64,000 nucleotides of DNA from Minisyncoccia bacterium (GCA_049997875.1 JBEKRC010000001.1:172609-236608); one strand, 5' to 3'. Positions 37,904 through 47,919 are shown, numbered from the stretch's first letter. Translations and numbers: made by a program. The notes: generated from the letters alone by a model not told the origin.

Positions 37904-37997
37904 TTAGGAAACGGTGTTGCCGAAGGAGGAATTCGCCATGTAGATTACAGTATAGCGCCGCTCTTGTAAAAAAGTCAATGTGTCGCGTGAGCCCGCG

Positions 37998-39641
37998 TTA
38001 TTTGAGCACTCGCGCCGTGTTCAAATACCACGCGCCGATGTTTCGGAATCGGTCGGACGGATCGGAGAGGAATCCGGTTGTTATGCCCTGCACGCTTTTG
38101 TCAGTTACGTATAAGTAGTCCGGCGAGTAAAGGAATACGGCGGGATTGTCGGCGACGATGGCGTTTTCCGCGCTTGCGAATTCCTGCGTCCGCGAGGCGT
38201 CGTTCATGTCTGTGCGCGCCGCCGCGACGAGCGAATCAACCTTTGTGTTTTGGTAGATTGCAAGATTGAGGCCGGGGAAGAACCTTTGCGAGGAGGCCCA
38301 AAAAGCGCTGAGGTCGGAATCCGGACCAAGGATGTTCCCGAAAAGCAACGATTCGTAGTCGCGGTTTTTGATCGCGTTGTCCGCGAGGGACTGCGGGTCC
38401 GCAGGCGAGACGTTCACCGTGACCCCTATGCTTTCCCACGCGTTTGTGAGCGCTTGCGCAGTCCGCGTGAGGAAGTCTATCTGCGGGACGGTCAAATTCA
38501 CGACGAGCGGCACGGAGGTTTTTTGGATGGTCTTTGCACGGAAACCGTCCGTGCCCACGTTCCATCCCGCGGCATCAAGTGTGGTTGACGCGAAATAAAG
38601 TGAGGTCGTCGCGGGGATGGATATAAAATACGGAGCGCCTTCGGGAACGGGGCCGTACTCGGGCGCTCCTTTGCCGCCCAATGCGAGGGTGACGAGGGCA
38701 TCGCGATCCACCGCGGCCGAAAGCGCTTCGCGGACGGCGGGATCTTGGAGAGGAAGGCTTCTGCTTTGATTGAAGAACACCGCGTAGTAGCTTGAGGTGC
38801 GCCACGCGAAAAGATCATGAGGGCGTTCAATCGCAGCAAGGTGATCCGGCGGGATGTTGTCCATGCCGTTGATTTGCCCTGCGTTAAAACTTTTTACGAG
38901 GGCGTCAAGGTTGCTAAAAAAACTGAAATCAAAGCGTTGGATGAGAGGTTTTGTGCCGAAGTAGCTGTTCCATGCCTGGAGGTGGTAGGCCGAGATGGTG
39001 CCGTCCGATTGCTTTTCGTACGAAACGAATTCGTACGGGCCGCTCCCGACGGGCCTCAAGTTGTAGTCGGAGAGGCGCCAATTACCGGGCGGCGTATTCG
39101 CGAAAATGTGCTTCGGCACTACATAGAGGTTTTTCAAATCGTCACCAAAGAAAGCATACGGGTTGATAAGGTTAAATTGGAGCATGAGTTCGCTCGCGCG
39201 GCTTACGGTGACGCCCTGCCAGTTTGCCGCGAGCGGGGAATTGGCATCTGCGCTTTCTATTGATTGGACGGTGAAAATGACATCGTCGGAGGTGAGCTTC
39301 TCACCGTCCTGCCAGTGTAAATTTTCTTTCAGCCGCACCGTCCAGGTTTTTCCGTCCGGCGAAACCGCGATGTTGTCGGCAATGTCATAGACGTTGCTGT
39401 AGATCATTTTTACCAAGCTCAAATCGGTTTCGCTTGCCGCCATTACCGGGTTTACGTATTCGGGCTGTCCCACCATTCCTTCGGTATAATCTCCGCCGGC
39501 GGCGGGGACCACGGTGGTTGCCTGGACCACAAGCAAACTCATGACCGCCGCGAGACTCGCGACGGTAAGCGAAGCGGCGGTTAAAAAAGCAATGCGCTCA
39601 TTCCTCGTAAAGACAAAAAAAATTTTCTTGAGAGGTAGCAT
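37998..39641 (-). CDS. ABC transporter substrate-binding protein, family 5 (peptide/nickel type)
   Basis: 547 aa with N-terminal signal anchor. Typical SBP_bac_5 length and motifs. Confidence 0.75.
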   Translation of the reverse strand: MLPLKKIFFVFTRNERIAFLTAASLTVASLAAVMSLLVVQATTVVPAAGGDYTEGMVGQPEYVNPVMAASETDLSLVKMIYSNVYDIADNIAVSPDGKTWTVRLKENLHWQDGEKLTSDDVIFTVQSIESADANSPLAANWQGVTVSRASELMLQFNLINPYAFFGDDLKNLYVVPKHIFANTPPGNWRLSDYNLRPVGSGPYEFVSYEKQSDGTISAYHLQAWNSYFGTKPLIQRFDFSFFSNLDALVKSFNAGQINGMDNIPPDHLAAIERPHDLFAWRTSSYYAVFFNQSRSLPLQDPAVREALSAAVDRDALVTLALGGKGAPEYGPVPEGAPYFISIPATTSLYFASTTLDAAGWNVGTDGFRAKTIQKTSVPLVVNLTVPQIDFLTRTAQALTNAWESIGVTVNVSPADPQSLADNAIKNRDYESLLFGNILGPDSDLSAFWASSQRFFPGLNLAIYQNTKVDSLVAAARTDMNDASRTQEFASAENAIVADNPAVFLYSPDYLYVTDKSVQGITTGFLSDPSDRFRNIGAWYLNTARVLK

Positions 39642-39667
39642 GACGGGTATCTGCCTCGGTACCTCGC

Positions 39668-39883
39668 CTAGAGGTGGGCGGCGAGCCGATATACCGCGAG
39701 CACGACGAACGCGGTGGTCAATACAATCGTCGCGTAGAAAATGACCTTCTCCATGCCGCGGCGCGCTTGATAAAACCCGCCGCCCTCGCCGCCCAAAAGC
39801 CCCGATATCCCCGACGAGCGTTCTTGGAGGAGGATAAGCGCAATGATGATGACGGCGAGGGAAATTTGGATAATGGAAATCAT
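39668..39883 (-). CDS. secG: preprotein translocase subunit SecG
   Basis: 71 aa, two TM helices flanking a Gly-rich loop LLGGEGGGF. Confidence 0.7.
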   Translation of the reverse strand: MISIIQISLAVIIIALILLQERSSGISGLLGGEGGGFYQARRGMEKVIFYATIVLTTAFVVLAVYRLAAHL

Positions 39884-40252
39884 TTAGGTGGCAAGATGAA
39901 TAAGGAAGTTGATGACGCTTACGATGAGCGTGGCGAGAATGAGAGCGGGAATGGTCTCAATACTAATGCTTCCCCGGAGAATGTCAATGTGATTTGCGAA
40001 AACGGGAAGGAGATACACAATAATCGCGTTCACGACGACGATGCCGATGCCGAGCGTAATCACAATGATGGGACCGAGGACGAGCGTGAGGATCGGCTTA
40101 AGGATGAAATTGAGCAGGGCGAGGATGAGCGCGATGATCGCGAGTTGCAGCCAGTTCGCGTTCAGGACGAAGCCGGGGATGTACATATTTGCAAGCCAGA
40201 GGGCGAGGGCGTTGCCGGCGATGATGAGGACAATGCGCGCGAGCCAGTGCAT
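39884..40252 (-). CDS. DUF360 / phage-holin-family-4-like membrane protein
   Basis: 122 aa, 3-4 TM helices, abutting secG. Confidence 0.55.
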   Translation of the reverse strand: MHWLARIVLIIAGNALALWLANMYIPGFVLNANWLQLAIIALILALLNFILKPILTLVLGPIIVITLGIGIVVVNAIIVYLLPVFANHIDILRGSISIETIPALILATLIVSVINFLIHLAT

Positions 40253-40274
40253 GGTCCTATTATATCATGCGTAA

Positions 40275-40420
40275 CAGCAAGGTGGGGGCACTTTTGAAGC
40301 GCCAGAATAAAATTGCTCCGGCGGCAATTTTTTCTTGCCGCTCAGCCCGCTCATCGAAAACACGCAAGAGTTTTCGAACCAAGCTGAGCGGGCCTGCGCG
40401 ACCCGCTTCAAAAGTGCCCC
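40275..40420. repeat. structured element E1: 27-bp perfect terminal inverted repeat enclosing an approximately 92-nt core with nested hairpins
   Basis: Arms cagcaaggtgggggcacttttgaagcg (40275-40301) and cgcttcaaaagtgcccccaccttgctg (40394-40420). The core contains aaattgc/gcaattt, cgctcagc/gctgagcg and cgaaaac/gttttcg stems. The core is homologous, in reverse orientation, to 44092-44195. Confidence 0.6.
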
Positions 40421-40567
40421 CACCTTGCTGTTGCCCTTGCTATAAATGAATCAGGTTTTTGTTCGCGCAGGCGATCGTTGACAATCATAATCGGACTGTG
40501 CTTCGCTACTTTGTAGTCCCCTTGGTGCGTGCACCTCTGGGGAAAATCCAACGAAAGGAATAAGAGC

Positions 40568-41212
40568 ATGCTCGATGTCCATGGATTGCAATTGATGGTC
40601 AGCAAGTCGTTACTTACGACAAAAGAACAGTGGGTTGCGCTGATTGATGCGCGGCTCACAATGGTCAAACCCTTCCTGAACTTCATGCCTACCTGTGAAT
40701 TGCAGCATGTGGGCTGCGTGTATGACGGCAGATGCCTCTCAAACCTCAACTACCAGAAGTTTATAGCAGAGGGCAGTCCTGGCGTCCACATCAAGGTGGA
40801 ACCGAAGCCAGCCCTCCTCTCGACCGATGGCATTTGGGAACGAGGGCTGACAGCAGACAGCTCGTGGCTCCCCCAGGAAAGCTGTGTGGTTTTGGACAAA
40901 TTGGTGCTCTGGGGCCTCGTTCGGAATGGAACGTGGCTGGGAGCGTGGGCAAACTACAGCATCACGCATTATTCCTCTTGGGCAGACCAAGGGCCACAGT
41001 CATTCGCCGATCTTGGGTTTCTCGCGATACGCCCCACCACGGTACGGGAGTTGCTTGAGAAAGAGAGAATACCTCCCGCACGGATTTATAACATGCTGAC
41101 TTCCGAATTCCACAAGTGGTTTCGGGGATACAAAGAAAGATTTGAGCGTGCAAGTGATCTCGCGAAGATTATGGAAGTGGAAGATTTCTTTGTGAGCAAC
41201 CGAGATCGTTAA
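40568..41212 (+). CDS. hypothetical protein (about 214 aa; ATG at 40568 with an aagga RBS)
   Basis: ORF only. No domain recognised. Confidence 0.45.
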   Translation: MLDVHGLQLMVSKSLLTTKEQWVALIDARLTMVKPFLNFMPTCELQHVGCVYDGRCLSNLNYQKFIAEGSPGVHIKVEPKPALLSTDGIWERGLTADSSWLPQESCVVLDKLVLWGLVRNGTWLGAWANYSITHYSSWADQGPQSFADLGFLAIRPTTVRELLEKERIPPARIYNMLTSEFHKWFRGYKERFERASDLAKIMEVEDFFVSNRDR

Positions 41213-41266
41213 CCAACCCGCCTACACTAGGGCAGAAGCCCGTCTGTTGTATGGCGGGTTTTCTGG

Positions 41267-42802
41267 TTACGTGATCTGGTCCAGCAGGCTCCTTCCGGTC
41301 ATCTCGGCTGGCTTTTCTATGCCCATTGCTTCCAAGAGGGTGGGGGCGACGTCGGCGAGGGAGCCGAGTGTTTCAACCTCAAGCGTGTCGGCGTTGATGA
41401 ATTTTCTGCCGCGGTATTGGTCGGCGATGAAATAAAGAGGCACGGGATTTGACGCGTGCTGGCTCTCGGGGAGCCCCGTCACAGGACTCACCATTTCCTC
41501 AATGTGGCCGTGATCGCTCGTGATCGCGAGGGTAGTATCGGGATTTATCGCGACCTTGAGGATGCGGCCGATCTCTCGGTCAATAACCCGTACGGCAGCG
41601 AGCGCCGCGTTGTAATCGGCGGTGTGGCCGATGGTGTCGGGATTGGCGTAATTAACGAGGATAAAGTCAAATGTTTTGTTTTGAATCGCCTCAAGGAGCC
41701 GGTCGGTGATCGCCCCCGCCATCATTTCCGGATGTTCCTCGGGGTGGAGGCTGGAGTTTGAAGGGACGAGCGTTCGGTATTCTCCCTTGAACGGCGGCTC
41801 GCGGAGGCCGTTGAAGAAATAGGTAACGTGCGCATATTTGTAGGTTTCGGCAAGGCGAAGCTGGGCCATGCCCAGGTCGGAGATCACTTTTCCAATGGGA
41901 TTTTCCACGATGTCGGCGGGGTAGATGACGGGGATGTTGAACGCGTCATCGTAGTGGCTCATCGTTGCAACGTACAGGTTTTGGAACTTGAGCGTCGGGA
42001 ATTTGTCAAAATCTTTCAATATGAACGACGACGCGAGCTGCCGGATGCTATCCTCGCGGTAATTGAAGAAAATGACGGCGTCGCCATCCTGAATTTTCTT
42101 GTCTTCTCCAAAGCGCATCGGCGGGAGATATTCCTCCGTGCCGCTTTCTTGGTAGGTAGCCTTAATGATGGGCGCAGGATCATCCACTATCCTCCCTGCC
42201 TGGCCCGTCACAGTGTCATAGGCGGTTTCCGTGAGCCGCCAGGTTCCGTTCCTGTCCATGGCATAGTATCGGCCAATGAGGGAGGCAAGATATTCGCGCG
42301 GCAGTTCGCCGAGGAAGCTTTCCACGGTGTGCAGCGGGCTGTCCTTCCCGTCGGCGAAGAGGTGCAGATTGATCTTCGGTACGCGTTCTGCCTGCGCCAT
42401 TTTGATGAGCGCCTTCAGATGATCAAGCGAAGCATGCACGTTGGCCTTCGTGAGAAGTCCCAGGAAATTTATCGCGGCGTTATGTTCCCGTGCGTGAGCG
42501 CAGGCCGCCTTGAGCACCGGATTTTGGAAAAAGGTCCCGTCCCGGATTGCCATCATGATCTTCGGATAATACTGATAAAGGACCTTGCCTGCGCCGAGCG
42601 TGAGATGCCCAACCTCGCTGTTGCCGACCTCGCCCCATGGGAGTCCGATCGCGATCCCCGACGCCTGCAAGCTCGTCATCGGATAATTGTTCCTTAGCCA
42701 CTCAAACACCGGCGGTTTCACGACGTAGATCGGATTCGATTCGCTGTTGCGGCCGATGCCCCAGCCGTCAAGGACAATAAGGACGGTCGTTTTCTTTGCC
42801 AT
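41267..42802 (-). CDS. gpmI: 2,3-bisphosphoglycerate-independent phosphoglycerate mutase
   Basis: MAKKTTVLIVLDGWGIG...; metalloenzyme-domain motifs including SDHGN/SDHGH. Confidence 0.85.
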   Translation of the reverse strand: MAKKTTVLIVLDGWGIGRNSESNPIYVVKPPVFEWLRNNYPMTSLQASGIAIGLPWGEVGNSEVGHLTLGAGKVLYQYYPKIMMAIRDGTFFQNPVLKAACAHAREHNAAINFLGLLTKANVHASLDHLKALIKMAQAERVPKINLHLFADGKDSPLHTVESFLGELPREYLASLIGRYYAMDRNGTWRLTETAYDTVTGQAGRIVDDPAPIIKATYQESGTEEYLPPMRFGEDKKIQDGDAVIFFNYREDSIRQLASSFILKDFDKFPTLKFQNLYVATMSHYDDAFNIPVIYPADIVENPIGKVISDLGMAQLRLAETYKYAHVTYFFNGLREPPFKGEYRTLVPSNSSLHPEEHPEMMAGAITDRLLEAIQNKTFDFILVNYANPDTIGHTADYNAALAAVRVIDREIGRILKVAINPDTTLAITSDHGHIEEMVSPVTGLPESQHASNPVPLYFIADQYRGRKFINADTLEVETLGSLADVAPTLLEAMGIEKPAEMTGRSLLDQIT

Positions 42803-43035
42803 GGGTTCATTATACCGCGCGCGCGCGGCTGCGCGAACGATGTATGAAAACACAAAAGACCCGTTGCTCGGGTCTTTTGCTGGTCCAACGCGAAGCCGGA
42901 ACCCTCCCCACCAAGAAGGGAAACATAAATTCTGGATCGCTTGGGATGACCTCGCAAGATGCAAGGGTCGCCTCGCCAGGATCCTCGCTCGCCTGGGATT
43001 CCGTCCCTAAGTCGAGTTTTGCTCAACCCCGCAAT

Positions 43036-43078
43036 TGCACGGCCCCAAAAAGGCCCTGCAAGTCGCGGGGCCTTTTCG
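43036..43078 (-). terminator. terminator hairpin plus U-run downstream of the methyltransferase gene
   Basis: The reverse complement reads aaaaacgaaaaggccccgcgacttgcagggccttttt. Confidence 0.45.
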
Positions 43079-43081
43079 TTT

Positions 43082-43891
43082 TTAACCCCGATTACAATTT
43101 TCACAGACAAGAAATCCTCTCCTTACATTGTCGACAAAGAAACCGTTCTGGGCAATCTCCTTCTCTATCTCTGCCCTCACCATACTCTCGATTTTTTTCC
43201 AATCAGCATCTGATGGAACCGGCTCGTACATGTCCCGAACCGAGTTAAAAGCATGAAGATACGGTTCAGGCTTTTCAAGCTGGATTTGCCCCTCGTAAAC
43301 AAATCTATCGATAATCTTGAAAGTGTCTTTGAGTTGCTCTTCTGCGTTTTCCAAGTTAAACGACGAGCTGAACTGTGGAGATGCTGTTTTGCCAATCAAG
43401 TTTTCTACCGTTTTTTTGAATGCTTTGTTTTTCGGCTTATTCAGCTGACTTCCGGTCGCAATCAAAACTTTGCCGTTATCCTTCAAGGCGCGTTTCCACT
43501 CCTTTAGAGTTTTCTGGATATCGGGCATGTGATAGAGCATAAAGAAAGCAAGAATCACATCAAATGATTTATCAGGAAACGGGAGGTCATCGGCTGAGCC
43601 GACAATGAATTCTATCTGTCTGCCAAGAGATTCTTGAAATATATTTTCGTTGATCTCTAGGCCAACTAACTTCCCAAAATGGCCGGCCTGTCGCAAGTTT
43701 ACGAGGACACTGCCATCGCCGCAGCCGACCTCCAAAATATTTTCGTCCCTTTTCAGCCCCAAATGTTCAATTCCCACCTGATGTATGTCTATTTTGGGAA
43801 CTGCAAATTCGTACAAATCCCAGCGGGCGCGAAACTTGTCCGCGGAGGCGTATTGGTTGAATGACAGATATTTTATGTCCTTCAGCTTCAT
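43082..43891 (-). CDS. class I SAM-dependent methyltransferase
   Basis: ILEVGCGDGSVLVNL motif I and following Rossmann-fold motifs. Confidence 0.75.
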   Translation of the reverse strand: MKLKDIKYLSFNQYASADKFRARWDLYEFAVPKIDIHQVGIEHLGLKRDENILEVGCGDGSVLVNLRQAGHFGKLVGLEINENIFQESLGRQIEFIVGSADDLPFPDKSFDVILAFFMLYHMPDIQKTLKEWKRALKDNGKVLIATGSQLNKPKNKAFKKTVENLIGKTASPQFSSSFNLENAEEQLKDTFKIIDRFVYEGQIQLEKPEPYLHAFNSVRDMYEPVPSDADWKKIESMVRAEIEKEIAQNGFFVDNVRRGFLVCENCNRG

Positions 43892-44063
43892 TTTATTAGA
43901 ATCTATTTTAACACGTTGGAATATTCCATAACCGGTTCAACTCTGCCCGTCTCTTGGGGTTTTTGATAAAAAATACAAAAGTGGTGTCCTACAAACATTG
44001 ATTTTACTGGAGTCCCAACGTTATATGGACCGTGGAAGTGCGGGGAGTCAAACCCTGTGGATT

Positions 44064-44223
44064 CCCCCATTGCCGCAGGTACTCCAAGGCGGATCGCGCA
44101 GGCCTGCTCGGCTAGGTCCGAAATGCCATTGTGTGCATTTCGGCGAGCGGGCCGAGCGGCAAGAAAAAATCCCCGCAGGAGGGATTTTATTCTGGCGCTT
44201 TGGAGTACCTGCGGCAATGGGGG
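44064..44223. repeat. structured element E2: 28-bp terminal inverted repeat (one G-U on the + strand) enclosing a core homologous to E1 in opposite orientation
   Basis: Arms cccccattgccgcaggtactccaaggcg and cgctttggagtacctgcggcaatggggg. Core stems are gctcggc/gccgagc, ccgaaatgc/gcatttcgg and aaatccc/gggattt, and each has compensatory changes relative to E1. Confidence 0.6.
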
Positions 44224-44311
44224 ACAGGGGCGAGTTGACAGGTATTCCATCGCTGCGTTACGATGAAGTTATTAAAAGTCCTTAAAATGAAACATTTCAA
44301 TAACATTAACT

Positions 44312-45808
44312 ATGAACGCACTTATACCGCTCGTTGCGGCGGTTTTTGGCATTGCAGTAGGGTACTTCGCGCGGAGATACTGGGCAGCTAAACGCTTCGG
44401 GGATGTTGAGGAAAGAGTAAAAAAGGATCTTGCTGAGGCGGAAGCCAAAGCGAAAGAGATCGTCGTAGAGGCAAAAGATAAGGCCGCCTCGCTTTTGGTT
44501 GACATCAAAAACGACGAGAAGGAGCGCAGGAAGGAAATTGAAGCGTTGGAGAGCCGCCTTCTCAAGAAAGAGGAAACGTTTGAGAAACGATCGGAGGAAC
44601 TTTCCGCCGAAGAAGGGGAACTCCACGTCCGCGAAGAGAAATTAAAAACGGGGGAAACCGAGGTCCAATCGCAGTTGGAAAAGATTGGGAAACTTTCCGC
44701 GGAGGAGGCGAAAGAGGAAATCATGCGCCGCGTGAAGGAGGATCGGGCGCAGGATCTTGCGCAGCTTGTCCAGAAGATGGACCGCGAAGGGCGGGACGAA
44801 GTTGAGAAGAAAACGGCGGAAATCATAACGACCGCGCTCCAGCGCTATGCGCGCTCGCACGTTTCGGAGATTACGACCACGCTGCTCCCCTTGAGCGACG
44901 AAGATCTGAAGGGAAAGATCATCGGCCGCGAGGGGAGGAATATCAGGGCACTGGAGCGCGCGACGGGGGTGGAATTCATCATTGATGAGGCGCCAGAGGC
45001 GATCATCATTTCTTCATTTGATCCCTATCGCCGCGAAGTGGCGCGGCTTGCGCTGGAGCGCTTGATCAAAGACGGCCGGATCCAGCCCGCAAAGATTGAG
45101 GAGAAAGTGGAGGAGGCGAAGGCGGAACTCGCGAAGCGCACGCAGGAGATCGGCGAAGCGGCGGCGCAAGACCTCGGCATTTTTGATTTGCCGAAGGAGA
45201 TTTTGCAGATGGTTGGCCGACTGCACTTCCGGGCAAGCTTCGGGCAGAACGTACTCACGCATTCCGTTGAGATGGCGTACATTTCGGAGATGATGGCGCG
45301 CGAGCTCGGGTTGAATGCGGAGGTTGCGAAGAAAGGGGCTTTTCTCCACGACATCGGGAAGGCAATTGACCAGGAGGTGGAAGGGACTCATGTTGACCTG
45401 GGTATGAAACTCCTCAAAAAATATAACGTTGATGAGCGCGTCATTGAGGCGATGCAGTCCCACCACGATGATTATCCCTATGCGCGGCCGGAAGCGTACG
45501 TCGTAGCCGCGGCGGACGTGCTCTCGGCGGCGCGGCCCGGCGCGCGGCGCGGGACGCTTGAGAATTACGTGAAGCGCCTCGCCGATCTTGAGAAGATTGC
45601 CCTGGAGTTTCAGGGCGTGAAGCAAGCTTATGCCATCTCCGCGGGCCGCGAACTCCGCGTGTTCGTGGTTCCGGAAAAGGTGGATGACTTCCGTGCACTT
45701 GAGCTTGCGCGGGAGATTGCGAATCGGATACAATCTGAGTTACAATATCCGGGAGAGATCAAGGTGAACGTCATCCGGGAAATACGGGCCGTGGAATACG
45801 CCCGTTAG
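44312..45808 (+). CDS. rny: ribonuclease Y
   Basis: N-terminal TM helix, coiled-coil, KH domain (GREGRNIRALE), and HD domain (HDIGKA...). Confidence 0.85.
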   Translation: MNALIPLVAAVFGIAVGYFARRYWAAKRFGDVEERVKKDLAEAEAKAKEIVVEAKDKAASLLVDIKNDEKERRKEIEALESRLLKKEETFEKRSEELSAEEGELHVREEKLKTGETEVQSQLEKIGKLSAEEAKEEIMRRVKEDRAQDLAQLVQKMDREGRDEVEKKTAEIITTALQRYARSHVSEITTTLLPLSDEDLKGKIIGREGRNIRALERATGVEFIIDEAPEAIIISSFDPYRREVARLALERLIKDGRIQPAKIEEKVEEAKAELAKRTQEIGEAAAQDLGIFDLPKEILQMVGRLHFRASFGQNVLTHSVEMAYISEMMARELGLNAEVAKKGAFLHDIGKAIDQEVEGTHVDLGMKLLKKYNVDERVIEAMQSHHDDYPYARPEAYVVAAADVLSAARPGARRGTLENYVKRLADLEKIALEFQGVKQAYAISAGRELRVFVVPEKVDDFRALELAREIANRIQSELQYPGEIKVNVIREIRAVEYAR

Positions 45809-45816
45809 TCATTCGT

Positions 45817-47277
45817 ATGGACACTATTGTTAACCACCCAGAAGCGCTCGCGGTCATCGTTGCATTGCCCATTCTCGGCATCGTGGCGAAGCTTTTCGGC
45901 GCTTCCCTCCGCCGCATCGCGAAATGGTATCTCTACGTCGCCGTTTTCGCGGTCGTCATCGTGATGAATTCAATATTCTTCCCCTTCATCGGCGGGAAGG
46001 ATTATTTTTTCAGGTTTGCGGTTGAGCTTGCGCTTATTTTCTTCATTCTCGCATGGGCGTTTGAGATGCGGGAAGGCGAGTTCGCGGCGCATCTCCGGAC
46101 GGTGTTCAAGAAGCCGCTCGTGATCGCCGTCTCCGTCTTCGTGCTCGTGTTCCTCCTTGCGTGCCTCTTCGCGTACGACGTACATGCGGCATTCTGGGCC
46201 AACTACGAGCGCGGGGAAGGCGGTTTCCAGATGATCCATTATTACCTCTTCTTCCTCCTGCTCGCACTTTTGCTCCGGACCGATGGCGATTGGAAAAATA
46301 TCTTCAAGTTTTCGCTCGTTTCGGCCGGGCTCGTGATCCTCTACGGGATCGGAGGGAGCTTGACCCTTTCCGGATTCATCGGACCATGGTCTGGGAACGC
46401 CAATCCGCCTGCCGGCTGGTTGCACAAATTGATAGATACCCGCTTCCAGGGATCGCTTGGGAATGCCGCATACGTTGCGCCCTACCTCATGTTCGCCATG
46501 TTCTTCGCCGGCTACCTCTGGATCAAGCGGAAGGCGAAGGGTGCAATGGGCATCTGGTCCCATATTGGGTACGGCGCCGTCATCTTCGTTCTCCTTTTCT
46601 TCTTTTATTTGAGCCAGACGCGCGGCGCGCTTCTCGGCTTTGGCCTTAGTCTCTTCGTTCTCGTTTTGTATTTCATCTTTGCCGGTCGCGGCTCGTTCCG
46701 AAAATGGTCGCTCATCGCGTTGATCCTTCTTGTTGCCGCCGCCGGCACCGTCTATTCTCTGCGGAATTCAAGTTTGGTACAAACCTTGCCTGGCGGGCGA
46801 CTTCTCCAAATCAGTTTGTCGGATTCTTCCGCACAAACGCGCCTTTGGGTATGGGGTGAGGCATGGCAGGGATTTTTGGAACGGCCGATCCTCGGATGGG
46901 GTCCGGAGAATTTTACCTCCGTATTTGATAAATATTTCAATCCTAACTTCTTTGTCCCTGGACAAAGCACCGAAACGTGGTTTGACCGCGCGCACAGCGT
47001 ATATTTTGACTATTTAAGCGAAACCGGAATACTTGGCCTCCTTGCCTATCTTTCCATCTTTGTTGTTTTTGCATGGATGTTCTTTTCCAAAAAATACAGG
47101 CACGAGGAGGCGTCGTCCGCGAAAACATCGTCCGTCGTCCTGCGCGGCATCTTCCTTGCGACGCCCATCGCATATCTCGGCCAGGGAGTAGCGATCTTTG
47201 ACGTCTTGCCGATGTACCTAAGCTTGTTCCTCTTCCTCGGTTTCGCATACCACTACTTTTATGGACAGAACAATTAA
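45817..47277 (+). CDS. O-antigen ligase/polymerase-like (Wzy_C) polytopic membrane protein
   Basis: 486 aa with more than 10 TM helices and a central Wzy_C-like loop region. Confidence 0.6.
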   Translation: MDTIVNHPEALAVIVALPILGIVAKLFGASLRRIAKWYLYVAVFAVVIVMNSIFFPFIGGKDYFFRFAVELALIFFILAWAFEMREGEFAAHLRTVFKKPLVIAVSVFVLVFLLACLFAYDVHAAFWANYERGEGGFQMIHYYLFFLLLALLLRTDGDWKNIFKFSLVSAGLVILYGIGGSLTLSGFIGPWSGNANPPAGWLHKLIDTRFQGSLGNAAYVAPYLMFAMFFAGYLWIKRKAKGAMGIWSHIGYGAVIFVLLFFFYLSQTRGALLGFGLSLFVLVLYFIFAGRGSFRKWSLIALILLVAAAGTVYSLRNSSLVQTLPGGRLLQISLSDSSAQTRLWVWGEAWQGFLERPILGWGPENFTSVFDKYFNPNFFVPGQSTETWFDRAHSVYFDYLSETGILGLLAYLSIFVVFAWMFFSKKYRHEEASSAKTSSVVLRGIFLATPIAYLGQGVAIFDVLPMYLSLFLFLGFAYHYFYGQNN

Positions 47278-47914
47278 AGGAACCATCGCAGTCATCGTTA
47301 CCGCCGTCATCCTGCTTTTTGTGGCGTACGGTTCGTATTTGCCTATGCGGAAGGCGCAGATTTTCATTGCGACGCTCCAGAGTTTCCAGACAAAGCCGGT
47401 CACCTCGCTCCAGGATTTGGAGAACCGCCTTTCGGTTCCACTGGACTATCCCTCGCCCATTGGGCAGGAGGAACTTGTGCGAAATACGGCGAACAGCGTA
47501 CTCGGTTTCCTGCAGCACGGGACCGACGCAACGACAACCGCCGTATTCATGGGATTCCTGAACGGCTATTACAAACCGATTCTTGACCGCGGGAAGGGCA
47601 TGAGCTTCGGCCAGGATCTTTATCTTGAGGGTGCCATGAACGAGATTGCGTTCTCCCAAACCGGCGGCGCGAACTACCTTCAGGACGCGCTCAAGTACTA
47701 CTCGCTCGGCCACGAGCAGGGTCCCAACCGTCCCCAGCCGCTCTACGGGCTCTTTGACGTCTATCGCGCAATGGGGGACGTGGTTGACGCCAAAGCGACC
47801 GCCGCCGAAATTCTGGCCAATTGGCCGAGTGACACGCGCGTAGCAGACAGTATGGCGCAATTCATGAGTCCCACCAAAACGAGTTCTGTGCCGTCGTCCG
47901 CGAAGACCCCTTAG
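47261..47914 (+). CDS. hypothetical N-terminally membrane-anchored protein
   Basis: ORF with a single N-terminal TM helix. No recognised domain. Confidence 0.4.
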   Translation: MDRTIKGTIAVIVTAVILLFVAYGSYLPMRKAQIFIATLQSFQTKPVTSLQDLENRLSVPLDYPSPIGQEELVRNTANSVLGFLQHGTDATTTAVFMGFLNGYYKPILDRGKGMSFGQDLYLEGAMNEIAFSQTGGANYLQDALKYYSLGHEQGPNRPQPLYGLFDVYRAMGDVVDAKATAAEILANWPSDTRVADSMAQFMSPTKTSSVPSSAKTP

Positions 47915-47919
47915 TCTCC

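Noticed and set aside
40267-40449. 60-aa ORF across element E1
   Set aside because: The ORF is produced by the inverted-repeat sequence itself. No RBS and no conservation with E2 at the protein level.
40275-44223. Interpreting E1 and E2 as integron attC sites, retron msr/msd or MITEs
   Set aside because: The ends do not match the attC R-box consensus. No RT is adjacent (the only RT is the DGR RT, 38 kb away). MITE TIRs should be shared between copies, whereas here the arms are copy-specific.
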